Source of the DNA: Owenia fusiformis
Taxonomy: Eukaryota
Length of the DNA: 64,000 bases
Assembly (NCBI GenBank): GCA_903813345.2
Contig: CAIIXF020000001.1
Span: 26,412,001 to 26,476,000, forward strand
Direction: 5' to 3'
Positions 14,801 through 27,408 of this stretch are shown here, piece by piece. The position numbers and the translations under genes were made by a program. The notes beneath the pieces are model-generated. The model ran no database searches. It saw only the letters and a program-made list of their open reading frames with translations, and had not been told where the DNA came from. Every line of letters begins with the position of its first letter. The first letter of the stretch is position 1.

Positions 14801-16296
14801 GGTGAACTTTTTTAACACCTGTTTTTCTTTAACCAGTCATCAAAACATTCTGAAAATTTTACACATTGTCAATTTAATGGTCATCTTTTGGATGGTAACA
14901 TATATTTATATACTTTTCTCTATATTGTTTTAGAAAACACATCAGACACTTCTTTTGTTCTATATAATAACATATATATAGAGATTATCCTATATGAGGT
15001 TCAGGATATTGGGATCATCCCGAGGCAAATATAATATATTTGCCCGAGGGCCACAGGTCCCGAGGGAAAATATATTATATTGGCCGAGGGATAATCCCAA
15101 TATCCTGAACCGACTATAGGATAATATGTTTATCCCATACCAATCTTGGTCATCTGGTTCACATTGTTCAATCGTGGAAATATTTTAGAATATTCATGTG
15201 CAGTTTTGTTTTCTTGGCCGTGGGCGGATTTTCCGGTTCTCTCAAATATTCCCACATTTATTTTATTGATTTTTTGAATGATTAAGTGGATGCTCCTTCC
15301 CTTTTTTAAACCATCAAACAGATCCCGCTTGTCTGTGTTTTCTCCATTGTCGTTTACAGTCATTACGCGAACGTTACAAATTATGAACAAATATGCGAGC
15401 GGCGATTATGACGTAGCATATCTGCCCGCTCGGAGCGGGACATAAAGCTATATCTGCCCGCTGATGAAAATATAAGTTTTAATAAACTGGCTTTATGTAC
15501 CTGTAACACGTCCAAGTATGGGATAAATATATATATATATCAGTTCACCATATCGATACCTATCCTTTAGGCTTATACTCCTGCATTTGGACTTTACTTC
15601 CAGTTTTAGTTGAAAAACGTCTGATTAGATATACATTTATTTCTGTAGAATTTTGGTGAGGCACCCCACATGCCTCATGTCTGCCTATGACCATGATTGA
15701 TATCATATATTCAAGCTTAAAAACTGTACTATGCATTAATGTATTCAATATATAAAGAACTAAATGCTTTATGTCCTTTAATGTTGCAGTAAGATCAGGG
15801 AGAATCTCGGCCTGAAGGCCTTACCAGCTGAGAAAGTGACCCCACAGAAGACACGGCACACTGGGGGTGCTAAAGCTAGGGTATGTTGTCTTTATATCAA
15901 ACATAATACTTCATACAATAGCACAAAGTTTTCAGAATTTTTTGTATAGTGATGTTTATATTCAATTTTACTTTTGATTTGTCTCGTGAGTCGTGAATTA
16001 TCATTTCAGCTGCCATAATACTTCATTGCTTTCAAAGATCATTGTATTCTGTGATCATTTATTCATTTCATCTGTAAAAATTGCAATTGCACACTATTTC
16101 ACTATGTAATAGATACAATAGTAAAGTTTGACAAGGTTGAATAACATTATTGATTGTCAAATTATTAAATTGTTTCTCATTTTGTTTTCAGAATGCAAAC
16201 ATACTTCAGGCTGTATTATCTTTGGTGAAAGAACTTGATGCAGACAGCCTAGAAACCATAGGGAATGCTGTAAAAAACAGACTAGAATCATTCTGA
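8892..16296 (+). CDS. CFAP410: Cilia- and flagella-associated protein 410 (C21orf2-like LRR protein)
   Basis: [37 protein letters not shown]...[11 protein letters not shown]...[11 protein letters not shown]...[18 protein letters not shown]-terminal helix [32 protein letters not shown]. Exons 8892-8971, 13468-13533, 13891-14114, 14524-14698, 15790-15880, 16192-16296. Confidence 0.93.
9415..10170. mobile_element. Long-TIR palindromic element with TTAA TSD (Kolobok-like GG termini)
   Basis: TTAA|GGTCTCATGGAAGTTAACAGGAA ... TTCCTGTTAACTTCCATGAGACC|TTAA; arms of about 330 bp nearly perfectly inverted around a spacer of about 95 bp. Confidence 0.85.
10464..12028. mobile_element. Non-autonomous Mutator-like element (MULE)
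   Basis: Long TIRs starting GGCTTTGTATAAAAAACCTCCTACCCACGTACCCTCG, with similarity extending about 250-300 bp. Exact 9-bp TSD AATTCATCA at 10455-10463 and 12029-12037. Confidence 0.9.
14985..15526. mobile_element. Four-arm hairpin element, family 1 (full copy)
   Basis: TTATCCTATA...TATAGGATAA hairpin (14985-15124), spacer TATGT, then TTATCCCATAC...GTATGGGATAA. Sits in (TA)n. Second copy at 52638. Confidence 0.85.
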
Positions 16297-17910
16297 TAAT
16301 CCTAATTCTTGAGAATTCATAATAAACTGTGTCATAAGACAACACAACAATTAAACACTATTCAGGACAGTGTTATCCAGTGAAGGTTGAGGAACAATGG
16401 GCATTTAAATCCTCTCAAGAGTGTTGTTTTATATGAGCTTGATTTGGATTGAAGTGTAAGCCTTTTATTGAGTGCTTGACAAAGAGTTTTGGGCATAAGC
16501 AGTTTGATTGGACTGAATATTAATTGAGGTTGTATTTTAGATAAAAGGCTTCATTTCTCCAATTCAACAATAAATTGATTGATTATCCATACAGCTAAAC
16601 AAATGGTGCTTTGGGTTTGAGCATTAAGTAAATTTCACTCAGCACTATGAACATGTTTATTGTCTATTCACTGTTTAGCAACATTTTCTCTCACTTTTGA
16701 ACCTAGAAATGGGATTTCTGGGTAGAATGTATTATTTGAGGTTTATCAGTTTGAGACTTCTTTATTTTGATAATTGAATTAATATTTGATTGGGCATTAT
16801 GTAAAAAATATGCATTTCCATATGCTCATGACTGAAAACATCAGGATACTACCTATTGCCTGCTGCGAATAGACCCCTACTCTGGTGCGGTAAACAAGTA
16901 ACCATTATAAAGTATAGAGATGAGTTGTCAGGTCTATGTATGCATGCAAATCAATTGTTATCATTGTACTGTACAAGTGATATGATGTCACATTCCGTCC
17001 AAGCAGTTGTATATAGCCTACTGTTGTCTAAACATCTTTTGCAGATGACATATGGCAATTTTATTTGAGTATAAATATAAATAAACTATCTATCTAAAGA
17101 CTTTGTTATCATTTACTTTCCAATGGTTTGTCATTGGAAGGTTGTGTAAAATCAACACTTATTCTACAGAATTACAAATACTGTATATCTTTTTCACGAC
17201 TTTATGTATTTATTAAATGTGTTAACAATATATCAAGATATAAAATAAATATTAAAATAAACAAGTTCAAGTATTTTTATACATTTACCATTTCATACAT
17301 TTACCTAATATCAGTCTAGTGCACAAATTTTGCATTGAATTTTTCAGTTCAAAACAATAGCTTTTTTCAAGTTTATCAAAGAGCTCGTCTCAAACAACTC
17401 TTATTTATAACAGCCTGCAATTGGCACCATTAACAGACTTTGACACAAAGCTTCTTTCCTGAAAATATCAAGACCTGAAAAAGTAAGCAGCATGTTAAGT
17501 GCAAATTACAGTGTGCACCCGACCTGTCAAAATTTATAACTAATAATTCCTTACACAAAAGATTCATGACAAAGTTTGAACATGCAAGGTGCAGGTTTAA
17601 GATTTATTTTCAGTTTTGGTTCAGAAATCGGCACTGTCACCCTTTAATGAAATAAGCCCGGATCATTTCAGTATAAATATCACAAATCTTGTTTCTCATT
17701 GTGTGCTGGCTACATATTGGAGCTTGACATGAGACAATTCTCCAAACAGCCATATTCATGAAATAAATCTTGTTGAATATCAATCAAATTCAATGAATCA
17801 AATATTGCAATACATGTACTTTTGAGAAACAAGTACCAGTGTAAACTTTCAGTAAGAAAAGCTGTGTTGACCGCATCTGGTAACTTCACTAAAACTTCCA
17901 TTTTGCTGTG

Positions 17911-20900
17911 TCAAGTTGAAATAACTGGCATAAAGTACTGTAATGAAACATCCTCGTGTAAAACAAAGAAATGGATAATCCTATTATCTACAATATTACA
18001 AATCACTTTCTGGGGATTCACTTGTTGACCCGACAAAAATTGTGAAAATTTTCTAATGTCAATTCTGGCTTGAATGAACTGGTTACTGTCCGTCTGTATG
18101 TTCCTGTTTTGTGACTGATCTTGGTCTTTGCCTGGAAGAAAGAACATAATTATTATAACATTATAGCATCCTGCCAGAGCCTGTGCTTCATCTTTTTTTG
18201 CAAATTGGTTTATTACAATTTTTGAATGCTTTCAAAATATAGAATTGATATTATGAGGTTATATAATGGTTCTTTCTGTATATCGTGTTTATACTCGAGT
18301 GAGTATATGATATATTCACAAGTGAGCGTAGCGAACGAGTGAATATATTATATTCTCACGAGAGTATAAAATGCACGATATACAGAATGAACCATTATAT
18401 AATCTTATTATGCCACTCTAAGTTCAATTACAGTTGATTTGAACACAATCATAACAATTAGAAACCATAAAAATATCCCATAGCCAACTCAATAATACTG
18501 ATGTTGATCTCGAACCATTTATGACGTCACTTGATTCTAGCAAATCATGCCGAACCATTTATGACGTCACTTGATTCTAGGAAATCATGAAAATTTCCAT
18601 GATTTTTTTTATTCAACACACGTGTTCAATAGTTCCCAGAATGCACTTCTACAGTGGTATACGCTGGAGTGTATACGGAGGAGTTGTATACGATGACGAT
18701 ATACTACTCTCCACTGTATATCGTTGTTATAGACCCATGTTATACAACTGTAATCGGACTTAGAGTGGTATAAACTTTTTTATTTCATTCATAAATATTA
18801 AATAATGACCCAATATTGGGCAATAATAGATATTGATTGTGCTCTAACTTATTGAGGTAGATATACTGTAGAACATTTTTGAGTGACATTATCCCATGGC
18901 GAATTATAACCACTTGTCAAACAGACAATATTAGAGTGACTAAACCTTCCAGATGACCTACCCCTACACCCAAAAGTAAAATACCTGCAGCAATCGTTAA
19001 CATTCACTGTAATCCAATGATGCATTCATTTCTCTAAAAAATTCCAAGCTTGAGAAGAAATCTATTATGAGGTGAGAGGTTTGTAAGGTTCGTAAGTCTA
19101 AATACGGTGTAAACTACTGGTTGTTATAAATTTGAGGTATTTAGTATCACAGTAAAAGGTTGAGTCACTTTAACATTGATCAAGTTTCTCTTACTCCAAT
19201 CTGGATTTGTAAGATCTTTGAAATGTGTGGAGACACTGGCCATATCTGTTTCTATCTTCAGTGTCATCTCTCCATTCTGATTTGCTCTGATTACCTGCAT
19301 AATTACAAAAATTCAGTCAGCAAATATTTATTCTGAGATTATATAACTGAAATTCAATAAACAGCAATTTAAAACCAACAGGTTAAAATACAGTACAAAT
19401 ATGGGCCGTATCCAGTTCTGCTAAATTACATTAGCTCTCCAGAAGTGCATGACATTTTGTCCACCTTTGTGATTCTTCTTGCGAAAGGAATTATGTGAGG
19501 GTGACACATATTATTTGATTTTCGTACAACCCGCATATTTCTAGTTGACATAATCTTTTAAAAATTAGAAAAGCTTATTCGAAGATTTATGAGTTTTTAA
19601 AAATTGGAAAAGCTTACCACAAAATTACTAAGATTCTTCATGCGATCTACAACATGCCTTAGAGTCTTTAGATGAGGCATGTAGATGCTCACCTACAATG
19701 TGAGAAATGAACATATACTGTAAAGATATCATGTAATAAAAGGCCCAACGGACGGACGGACCAACGGACGGACAGACGCCTGGTCGATCCCATAGACTCA
19801 CTGTGTGAGCCAATAATGAGATTCAAGCAGAGGCCATTCAGTGGGGTTCAGGGGGGCTGCACGAATTATTTGTTTTATCTGTGCAGACTTCCCCCCTGTA
19901 CTTTTATTCCTCACAGAAAGGCCAGTCGGTTCAGGATACCGGAACTATCTATAGCAACACATACATTCACAAAGCACTGTTACTTGTTCAATTTTAATGG
20001 CATACCTTATTTGATAAAACGTTAAGATTTAAAAATTATAGTAGATGTATTCTAATATGTTTTCTTAATAAAGGTAAGATACAATATTATATGAAGGTGA
20101 TCTGATGACAAAGGATATCTGAAATAAAGCAGGTAACTGCATTATTAATACATAACAGAGTTTGAACTTTGAAACACAGCTGCCTGATTGCCAATGGTAA
20201 TCACTTTTCACTCTGGGCAATGAACTTGGAAAATGAAAATATTAAATTGTGACAATAATATTTTGAACCTTAGTCGTCGAACTCCAACTGCACATATACA
20301 GTGAGTGTATGTATGTCAGTATGTGTGTTTGTGATATATACTCTACTACTCACATCAAAATCAGGCATTTCTGGCTCTTCAAAATCATCCCACAGCCTCC
20401 TTGGAATCACATTTACAGGAATATCGTGGGTAACAAATCTAGAATGATTGCTCAGTGATGGCTAAAAACAGATATCATGTCATTAAATACTAACAAAAGA
20501 TGCATAGGTTTTATCAGATGTTGTTTTTTAAAGATAACTTTTAAAGGAGTCACAAAGAAAGCAGCCAACTTTTTGCCTCATTCCTAACAAGCATTTTTAT
20601 AAAAATCTGAGGCAGAGAAATAATAGCTTTTTAAAACAAATTACTTGTATATTTTCCTACAAATGTGGAAATAAACATTTTTATTTTGAAGAATTGTCTT
20701 AATGTTCATCTAACTCTACAATTTCTCAATCGCAAATGACTTGACTATCTGATAAAGACAAAATGGACCTTTTCTGAAATATGATATGTGGAATAGTAAA
20801 GAGCACATTAGATGGTCCATTGAAATTATTGTTTGCAATTTATATACACAATTGGCCAGCTGAAAATCTGAAAAACTTATAGTATATATCATCGATGCTG

Positions 20901-22859
20901 CCAGGAGAGGCATGGCATTGTTGTTTTTCCAGATTAGCACAGAATTTCCCTTTATTTTAAGGGGTTTCACCCCAAAAATGGCACAAATCCATAAAATAAT
21001 GAGATTGCCAGCTAAAGCATGCTTAGCTTACGTAAATAGCACCAAATAATACCAAATTTTTCACTACAGTACTCACCAATTCCACTTCAACTGTAAGGCA
21101 AGGTGTATGTTTCTTTGTAAGTTTAATCTTCACAGATTTAGCCTGTTGTCCAGTTTTCAAGGCTCTCAGTAAATTATCAGGAATTACATCTAAGTAGATC
21201 TCATTGAACTCCTCACTAAGGCCCTCAATCTGATACTCATTGAAGAAATGTCCCTAAAGTATAGACAATAGACATATGTGTATGATTTCAAGAATACCTG
21301 TGTATCCTATCCTCCTTTTGCCGCACAATTCAATATCAAGCTAATTTATCTAAAAATTCCAAAATATACCTGAGTTAATTCACACCAAATACTAATGCCT
21401 CCATTGGCGACTCTTTCAGAGAGGATGAAGTAAATCTTGTTGCTTGTAAGCCTCAAGGTGCATCCTTTTACAAGCTTTGCGATTGTGCTCACCACTCCTA
21501 AAATCATGAGACAATAAGCATGATAAGAAACTTATAGCAAACAATAATCCACTCCCCTACCCATCTTATTAAATTTATATAATTTGGAAATTGAAATGTC
21601 TATTTAATTTCCCTGCGTGGCAATTAGTTTCTGGAATTAACAAACAATTGTTATTGTTGAGAAGGGCTTCTCACAGCTGGGGACCAAAATGCTGCTAAAA
21701 CAAGGGACTCTTTACAATAAATCAATGCACTTTTGCAATTTTGTTTTGCTTTCAATGGAGCAATTTTGAAGAAAAATGGTGCACATAGGCGTAGGGCTAT
21801 ATTTTGAGTTGGTACGCACACTCGGGGATGCCTGATTGCGTGGTCGAAGGCCGTGCATCGCGGGGGGGGAATCTTTTTCAAGTATGTTGTTTGATGGAAT
21901 CTTAGCATTTTTATCAACTTTAAATGTTGACAATGGTAAACATACAGATACAGTAGCAAGCATCAATAAATTCGCAAATAAATTAATGCATTTTAACACA
22001 TTTTTAATTTTTTCAAATACATTTGGTATGCCTGTGCATATTTTGCGTAATAGGCGCTACGCCCATGGTGACGCACAATCCTTTGCTTTCAAACATCTGG
22101 TACGTCAAAAATTCAAAATAAAGTTCGAAGTTAGTACCACATGAGAAAGCAGCACATAACAAAACGTTTGGAGATAAACAAGAGGGGGGAAAGCCCCAGA
22201 GCTTTAGCGATGACTGACTTGTTACATCTCTTGCGTACCACCTTTGATTGCACAAATTCGTCGTCGTGATGTTTTAATCGATGTAAGCATACTCCCCCGG
22301 GCATACTCCTTACATCTTTCTTTAATTTGATATGAAATAACAAGCTACGAAATTGGTTAACATGCCAGGAATTAACATAATATTATTCGAAAGCTATATT
22401 AGAAAATTTCCAATCCGCCATTTTTGTTTATCGATTTGGACCAATCAGAGGTGTACGTAATCGCAATACAGGTTTACAATTTAAGCGTACGTCATCTTTG
22501 AACTCTGGGGTTAATCCCCCTGAAGATAAACTAGGGTTCTGCGTACATAAAAATATTTCTGCATTTCGGTTGGTCAAACAAATTGTTGACTGTGATTTCA
22601 ACCTAAATCCAATTACAGTACAACAAAAAGATATTATCAAGCAATGTCACAGACATATTTGTAGGGAAGTTGACAAAGTGTAAGATGTTATGTTGATAAT
22701 AGAATTTTGGGACACACCAAAAATTAATTTTGATGGGCGATAATTGAGTAATTTGCATTAAATGTTAGCGTAGTCTACAATCAATCGATACATAAATCAT
22801 TTCTTACTTGTAAAATGTTGAATACATCCTATGTCTACAAGTTTTGCTCTGAAACGCAT
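17911..22859 (-). CDS. HUS1: Checkpoint clamp (9-1-1) subunit HUS1
   Basis: [26 protein letters not shown]...WCELTQ...[25 protein letters not shown]...[25 protein letters not shown]...[10 protein letters not shown]. Exons 22808-22859, 21370-21497, ~21077-21253, 20354-~20461, 19618-19692, 19195-19294, 17911-18131. Confidence 0.95.
18259..18773. mobile_element. Four-arm hairpin element, family 2
   Basis: TTATATAATGGTTC...GAACCATTATATAA hairpin (18259-18402), spacer TCTTA, then TTATGCCACTCTAAG...CTTAGAGTGGTATAA. Internal ~41-bp tandem duplication containing ATGACGTCA. Confidence 0.8.
19745..19815 (+). mobile_element. 3' end of a DINE-1/HINE-like (Helentron-associated) element
   Basis: (GACG/GACA)n microsatellite, then CCTGGTCGATCCCATAG, then stem-loop GACTCACTGTGTGAGCC and an A-rich end. 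Near-identical to 57010-57093. Confidence 0.6.
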
Positions 22860-23132
22860 GATGCACCATCAGGAAAAGTGAAAAAACAAGAGAACTCTAC
22901 AAATCAAATCAAATGTTTTTGATTTTCCCAGATCTCGCAAAAGGCCCTCGCAAAACCTCGCAAGTGTTAACGAGAGTTGACATACATTTAACTGATGCTT
23001 TCAGTCTCCTTCAGAGTTAATTCGTTAATTTTTACTTATGTAAGAACTTTGCCAATCTAAAATGTTCGAAAGTTGTGAAGCTTTTATCGACTATGTTTAA
23101 TGCCAAAGATTTCACCCACGTCTGATTCGAAA

Positions 23133-23205
23133 GACCCTGTGGCCTAATGGATAAGGCGCTAGCCTCCGGAGCTAGAGATTGTGGGTTCGAGTCCCACCAG
23201 GGTCG
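23133..23205 (+). tRNA. tRNA-Arg (anticodon CCG)
   Basis: GACCCTG acceptor stem pairs with CAGGGTC; D arm TGGCCTAATGGATAAGGC; anticodon stem CTAGC-CT CCG GA-GCTAG; T loop GGTTCGAGTCC; T-run terminator just downstream. Confidence 0.95.
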
Positions 23206-23328
23206 AACCTTTATTTTTATACAACCATTTTATGTGCTAAAAGTATTATGAAATCTTGTCTTCAACATACTATTTCGAGAATGAGAATGCATGGGAGTTA
23301 GAGACAGACCACCGACTTTTGGGTCCAA

Positions 23329-24362
23329 AATCCGGTGACAGGTCACTCAACCCCAATTCAACTCAACCAGTAAAACTCAACCCCAAGCCAACTCAACACC
23401 AGTAAAAAATCTTTCATGTTAGTCTCAGGTAAAACTCAACCCTAAGTCAACTCAACCCCTGTAAAACTCAAGCCCAAGTCAACTCAACCGCCCCAGTGAA
23501 ACTCAACCTCAAGTCATCTCAGGGAAGAATGAAAAACTTTTTCATGAATTTTGATGCATAATTAACCCCTGATGAGAGTCAAAATAAGTATCCTAACATT
23601 AACAGAAAACAAATAATCATTATCATAGAAAAAACATCAATGGCAACATGTTTGACATATATAGTAGAAATAACTTAAAGACCCATGAAGCCGAATTAAA
23701 AAGAAAATCATATTTTTTAAATATATTTTAGGATTTACATTTTTCAAACTTATTATGATTATCAAACTTAAACTGATTATCCAGATAAACACCAATTCAC
23801 TTATCAAGAAGTATATAATTGTATACATTATTCATTTAGTATTTGCACTTGATTTTTGTACTCTCAGAAGAAGGGTAAGATATTGAGGTTTAATAATATG
23901 TGTGATTGAGTTGATTTTTCAGACAAGTACAATTTTCAATATTTTCTAAGTCGATATCCGGACTCGTCATTCCCAGACTCATCCTTGGCCATAATATAAA
24001 AGTTTGTTGAATAAGAAAAAGTTTTAATAATTTTGTATCAATTTTTGATTTATTTTCCAAGACCGGCTTTGAATGTCCTAAGCTCCAAAATCTCCAGAAT
24101 TGTCAACATGGTCCTACTTGAGGATTAATACTGTGAAACTAATACAGTTGTTTTAACTTTTGGAATGTTATAAGTTTGTTTTGCTAGATTTTTATAGTAA
24201 ATAAGCTAGAGAACTAAATACGTTGCAAAAATATTCAAATGAATAGGGCTGAGTTTTACTTGTGTTGAGTTTTACAGGGTTCAAGTTTTACTGGGGTTGA
24301 GTTGACTTGGGGTTGAGTTTCACTGGGTTGGAGTTGACTTGGGGTTGAGATGTCATCGGATT
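23329..24362. mobile_element. Foldback-type element with inverted arrays of ACTCAACCCC repeats
   Basis: AATCCGGTGACA..(AACTCAACCCCA)n at ~23330-23520 mirrored by (TGGGGTTGAGTT)n..TGTCATCGGATT at ~24245-24362. No clear TSD. Confidence 0.7.
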
Positions 24363-27300
24363 GCTTCAAAATCAAAATCCGTAGTCGATGCTAGGTTGGT
24401 TATCGGAGGGGTCGGTCCTTTTGTCATACATCTCATTAATTTAGCATAGGGCGGCCGTGTTTAATATGGTACTGCACTAGTAATTTAAAGTTTCTGACTT
24501 CAATCAAATTAATTGGCCAGTTTTCAATGTACGTACACGTTGACATTCTTCAGCACAAGTGTTTTGACAGTGATATATCATTTTAATTAGTGAGTAATCA
24601 TGTGAAAATCACCAACATTATTTAAGTCATATCGCGTAGTATATCTTGATTGGCTAGGCTACTGATGCAGAACTAAACATAATGTGTGTTCTCCCTAAGC
24701 TGAACACGTATATACAATTTGTAGAACACCACTCTATCACCACGTAAAAGAATGATGCATGCTAATTACATGCTAATTACAATTTCATCATCCCTCATTA
24801 AAAGGGGCTTAAAACGTTCAGACTGAGACTAGCCTCATTATTAGACTATTACGCCTATTACATAACGCACAGCACTTTTAAGTAAGACGTCAACATTTTT
24901 CACAGAATAGGAATATAACGTACAGTTTTACGTTATGATCTGAAATAATTTGTCACACATTCAGCACACCATTGGAAAGTTTATCTTGCGGCATTTGATC
25001 TTTTAGATACTAAAATCAAATAAAAACGTTACTACTGAGGAATTAAGTAACGCATGACGAAATTAAGTGGAACTTATCAGTCGGCGTCACTCCCCTCCAA
25101 ATGTTTGGCAACCTTAACCCCTAACTCCTAGATCTCTAAAGTCAAAATTTTTGAAGAAACCTCCCCCGTTGACATAACATATGATAAAATTATTTCAAAA
25201 ATTTCTTTGAAGCTCTGCAACTTAAATCCTCACCACCCTTTTCAACGCATGCTCTATGGCTACCTGTGATCGGAAAGGTCAGTCTTTTACACTTTTGAAC
25301 ATACATATTTAAAAGATGATTGTAATAAATTTTCTTGATTACAACAATATCGTACTTCAAATTCAGACTGAATTGTTCTTTTACATTCATTTTGAATTAT
25401 AATATATACAGTGTTCCTCTTAGACAGGTTTTACTGTAAAACTATTTCTGACCGCAAACTTATTAGAAGTAAAGGAAGGGGTACTTTGAAAAACGACAAC
25501 TGTGTAGGACTTTTGTACCTTTTTCAATAAATTCGCATTGAATCATAAACGACACCATAAACACGCAAGTTGCTATACAGTGCACATTCGAGGTAAAATA
25601 TGGTACCGTCACAGTATTATAAATATGGGGAAACAATATTTTGTGACAATTTTATTTTTATTAGTTTTTTTTATATTGCTTTATATTGTGACAAAGATTT
25701 TAACATAGTGATAGTTTAAATGAAAAAAATCATGAGTTAATATTGAGATTGCAAATGGTAAAAGCATGGCATGGGCAGACAGTGGTGATAATAATGGTTT
25801 TAAGTGAATGATAAATGACCAAATCTGCTCTAACGTTCCAATACACCGTTGGAAAGCTGAGAGAGTCATATTAAAGGATCCGACCTCCATTTGAATTTTT
25901 GGTGATTGCAAAAATAGATATTAGGGAGGTTCAGTTACACGTTCAAAGAGAACCTGTACATGAGCCAGGACCATAATTCTACACGTTCACCTACAAGTTT
26001 TTTTTTAAAAATGTGTATCTTAGCCTCCCTTTTAACATTTTGAACTCCAATTGGTGAAGTGAACAAATCAATCATGCTTTTTCACTGAAAATGTTTTGAC
26101 AATCGGAATTGCATTGGAATCACTCCATATTAGATATGATTACTACTAGTGTGGAAATAGGACTGAACAGAGTTTTGAACAAAACACTCATGCATATAAT
26201 GATGTTATCCCATAATACTGGCCAAGTTTAACATTATTGAGGTCATACAACAATACAAGGACAATTTAATAGGTAAGAACAGTTTAAATGTTGCACTACA
26301 TGCATTTCTTAGTTACTGTGCTACTTTTTAATTCTTTCACCACAATAGTATTACAAACATCAAACAAAAATATTATTTTTGTATAAATGATGTATTTTTT
26401 ACAGGGATTTTACAAGTTACATATTCAATGCATAAATTCTCGGTTTTTCCCATGTCACCATGACCAAAGTCGATTATGCAAATAATAACTGTAATAGTTC
26501 TAAAATATTATATTTCCTCCCAAGAAAAGCTTTTGACCATTACCACTGATATAACTACAATGTAACTAAATGTATTCATTACAAATTATGTATAAAATAA
26601 TAGTTTAAAATATTAGCAGTATGATTTAGTGCAACCATATTCTAATATACCAGTATTCAGATATTAGAAAATGCTCTTTTAACATCATGCATATAATATA
26701 CAGTATGTTCCGACAGGCCATACAATGTACAAAGAATATCAATTAAGAAAAGATACAAATAAATCTCTTAGAATCGAGCTGGAAACAAAAAAAACGTGAC
26801 ATATTCTAATTGAATACAAACATTTTGTATGCATAACAATGGACTTGGAATACTTGGATGAAATGTACATACAGAATGGATTCAATGTACAAGGCCTACA
26901 TAAGCAATGTATAAGTCCATATCCAATGTATTGGCCAGTGCGATGCATTCACAATTGATCCAGGCTATTACACAACAAATGCATTAGTCCGTGACTGGTG
27001 TATTGGCCACTGGTTATTTTATAACGAACCTGTCAATTATTTCAGCTTGAATGGGAAAGTAACATTTATAATCAATGTGAAGCACCTCATTATAAATACA
27101 AATTGAAATAGCCATTTGCTTATTCATGTACAATTAACTTGGTTTCAAATATTTATCATAATAGACTATGCAAGACTATGACAATTTTGGGATAGCACTA
27201 CCAACTGCTATGCATGTATTGCAATGCTTGTTTGGTTGCTTGTAAGTATGTAATGAATATTAAAAATATATATATAGGCCGATTGTGATAGTATATTTTG

Positions 27301-27408
27301 TTAGAACTATCTACAGAACTGATACAAGTTTGTATGTTGGATATCAGTGTCTATTTGAGTACATCAATGTCAGTATGTGTATATCGTGTGAATGTATAAT
27401 CCCTGCCT

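Noticed and set aside
14729-15695. hAT-like MITE enclosing the family-1 element
   Set aside because: The putative TIRs are too degenerate and no TSD was found.
21598-22400. GC-richer segment with several short ORFs in HUS1 intron 1
   Set aside because: No recognisable protein; probably decayed TE sequence, but its ends could not be defined.
23340-24362. Short repeats resembling a CRISPR array or telomeric tract
   Set aside because: Eukaryotic context, no unique spacers, and the arrays are mutually inverted as in transposon arms.
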